The notes below the pieces were generated by a model. The model made no database searches and was not told where the DNA came from. It saw nothing but the letters and a program-made list of their open reading frames with translations. Below, in pieces: positions 63,548 through 64,000 of a stretch of 64,000 nucleotides of DNA (the first letter of the stretch is position 1; the number at the start of each line of letters is the position of its first letter). The stretch covers positions 1 through 64,000 of the forward strand of contig NW_021832565.1 of NCBI RefSeq assembly GCF_006345805.1. The letters run 5' to 3'. This DNA comes from Octopus sinensis. Its lineage: Eukaryota. The position numbers and the translations under genes are program-made.

Positions 63548-64000
63548 TAGATGCACTGCCCTGTAACTGATAGTACATGCGAAGCTGAATTCAATGCTTT
63601 ATTTACTTATATTGTTCTTGCCAAACACTACATGTTCTTTCTGTTATTTTATAAGGATTCTTCTTTAACTATACTTCTCCAATGGAAACATATTTATAAT
63701 GAATAAAACATTGGAAGACGGTTCAGAAGAAACATTATACTTCCTATTTATTTTATCAGTACTACAATCACTGATATTATGAAAGAATTGAAGACATAAA
63801 GTTGTCTGAGTATACAATATTTCTCTTTACTTTTTCCCCCAAATAGAGTTGTCTGCGTATATAACATTCTTCTTTATTTTTCCCTCAAGTAAGGTCCGAG
63901 ATTAGCACATTTCGTAATCTTTCCTCCTTAGATCTAAAACCTTCAAGAAACCTCTCTCACACATTTCATGTTTTTCGTGCAGGTATCAACATATACATAT

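Overview
AT-rich, repeat-saturated eukaryotic DNA; the SINE repertoire looks like octopus or another coleoid cephalopod (from my recall of these families, not a database search). No host protein-coding gene can be named. Almost all listed ORFs come from microsatellites, SINEs or decayed transposons. There are only splice-signal-bounded candidate exons on the minus strand. Supported content: five Tc1/mariner remnants (three mariner, one DD37D maT-type, one DD34E Tc1) plus a short mariner 3' fragment, three CR1/L2-type LINE pieces, a Penelope-like RT fragment, a non-autonomous Helitron, TTAA- and TA-flanked MITEs, many tRNA-derived SINEs of several families, and long microsatellites. The most unusual items are: (1) a ~1.5 kb, very divergent 28S rRNA-like locus with altered peptidyl-transferase/P-loop bases and a near-identical 223-bp tandem duplication; (2) a tRNA-headed short element carrying a minimal hammerhead ribozyme motif, plus a hammerhead-like family with a shared core variant; (3) a CR1 3' end with an open reading frame that shares a covarying 3' stem-loop with the dominant SINE; (4) a perfect 47-bp palindrome at the end of a GAT-tailed insertion; (5) a (TTAGGG)3 insertion in one unit of a duplicated SINE.
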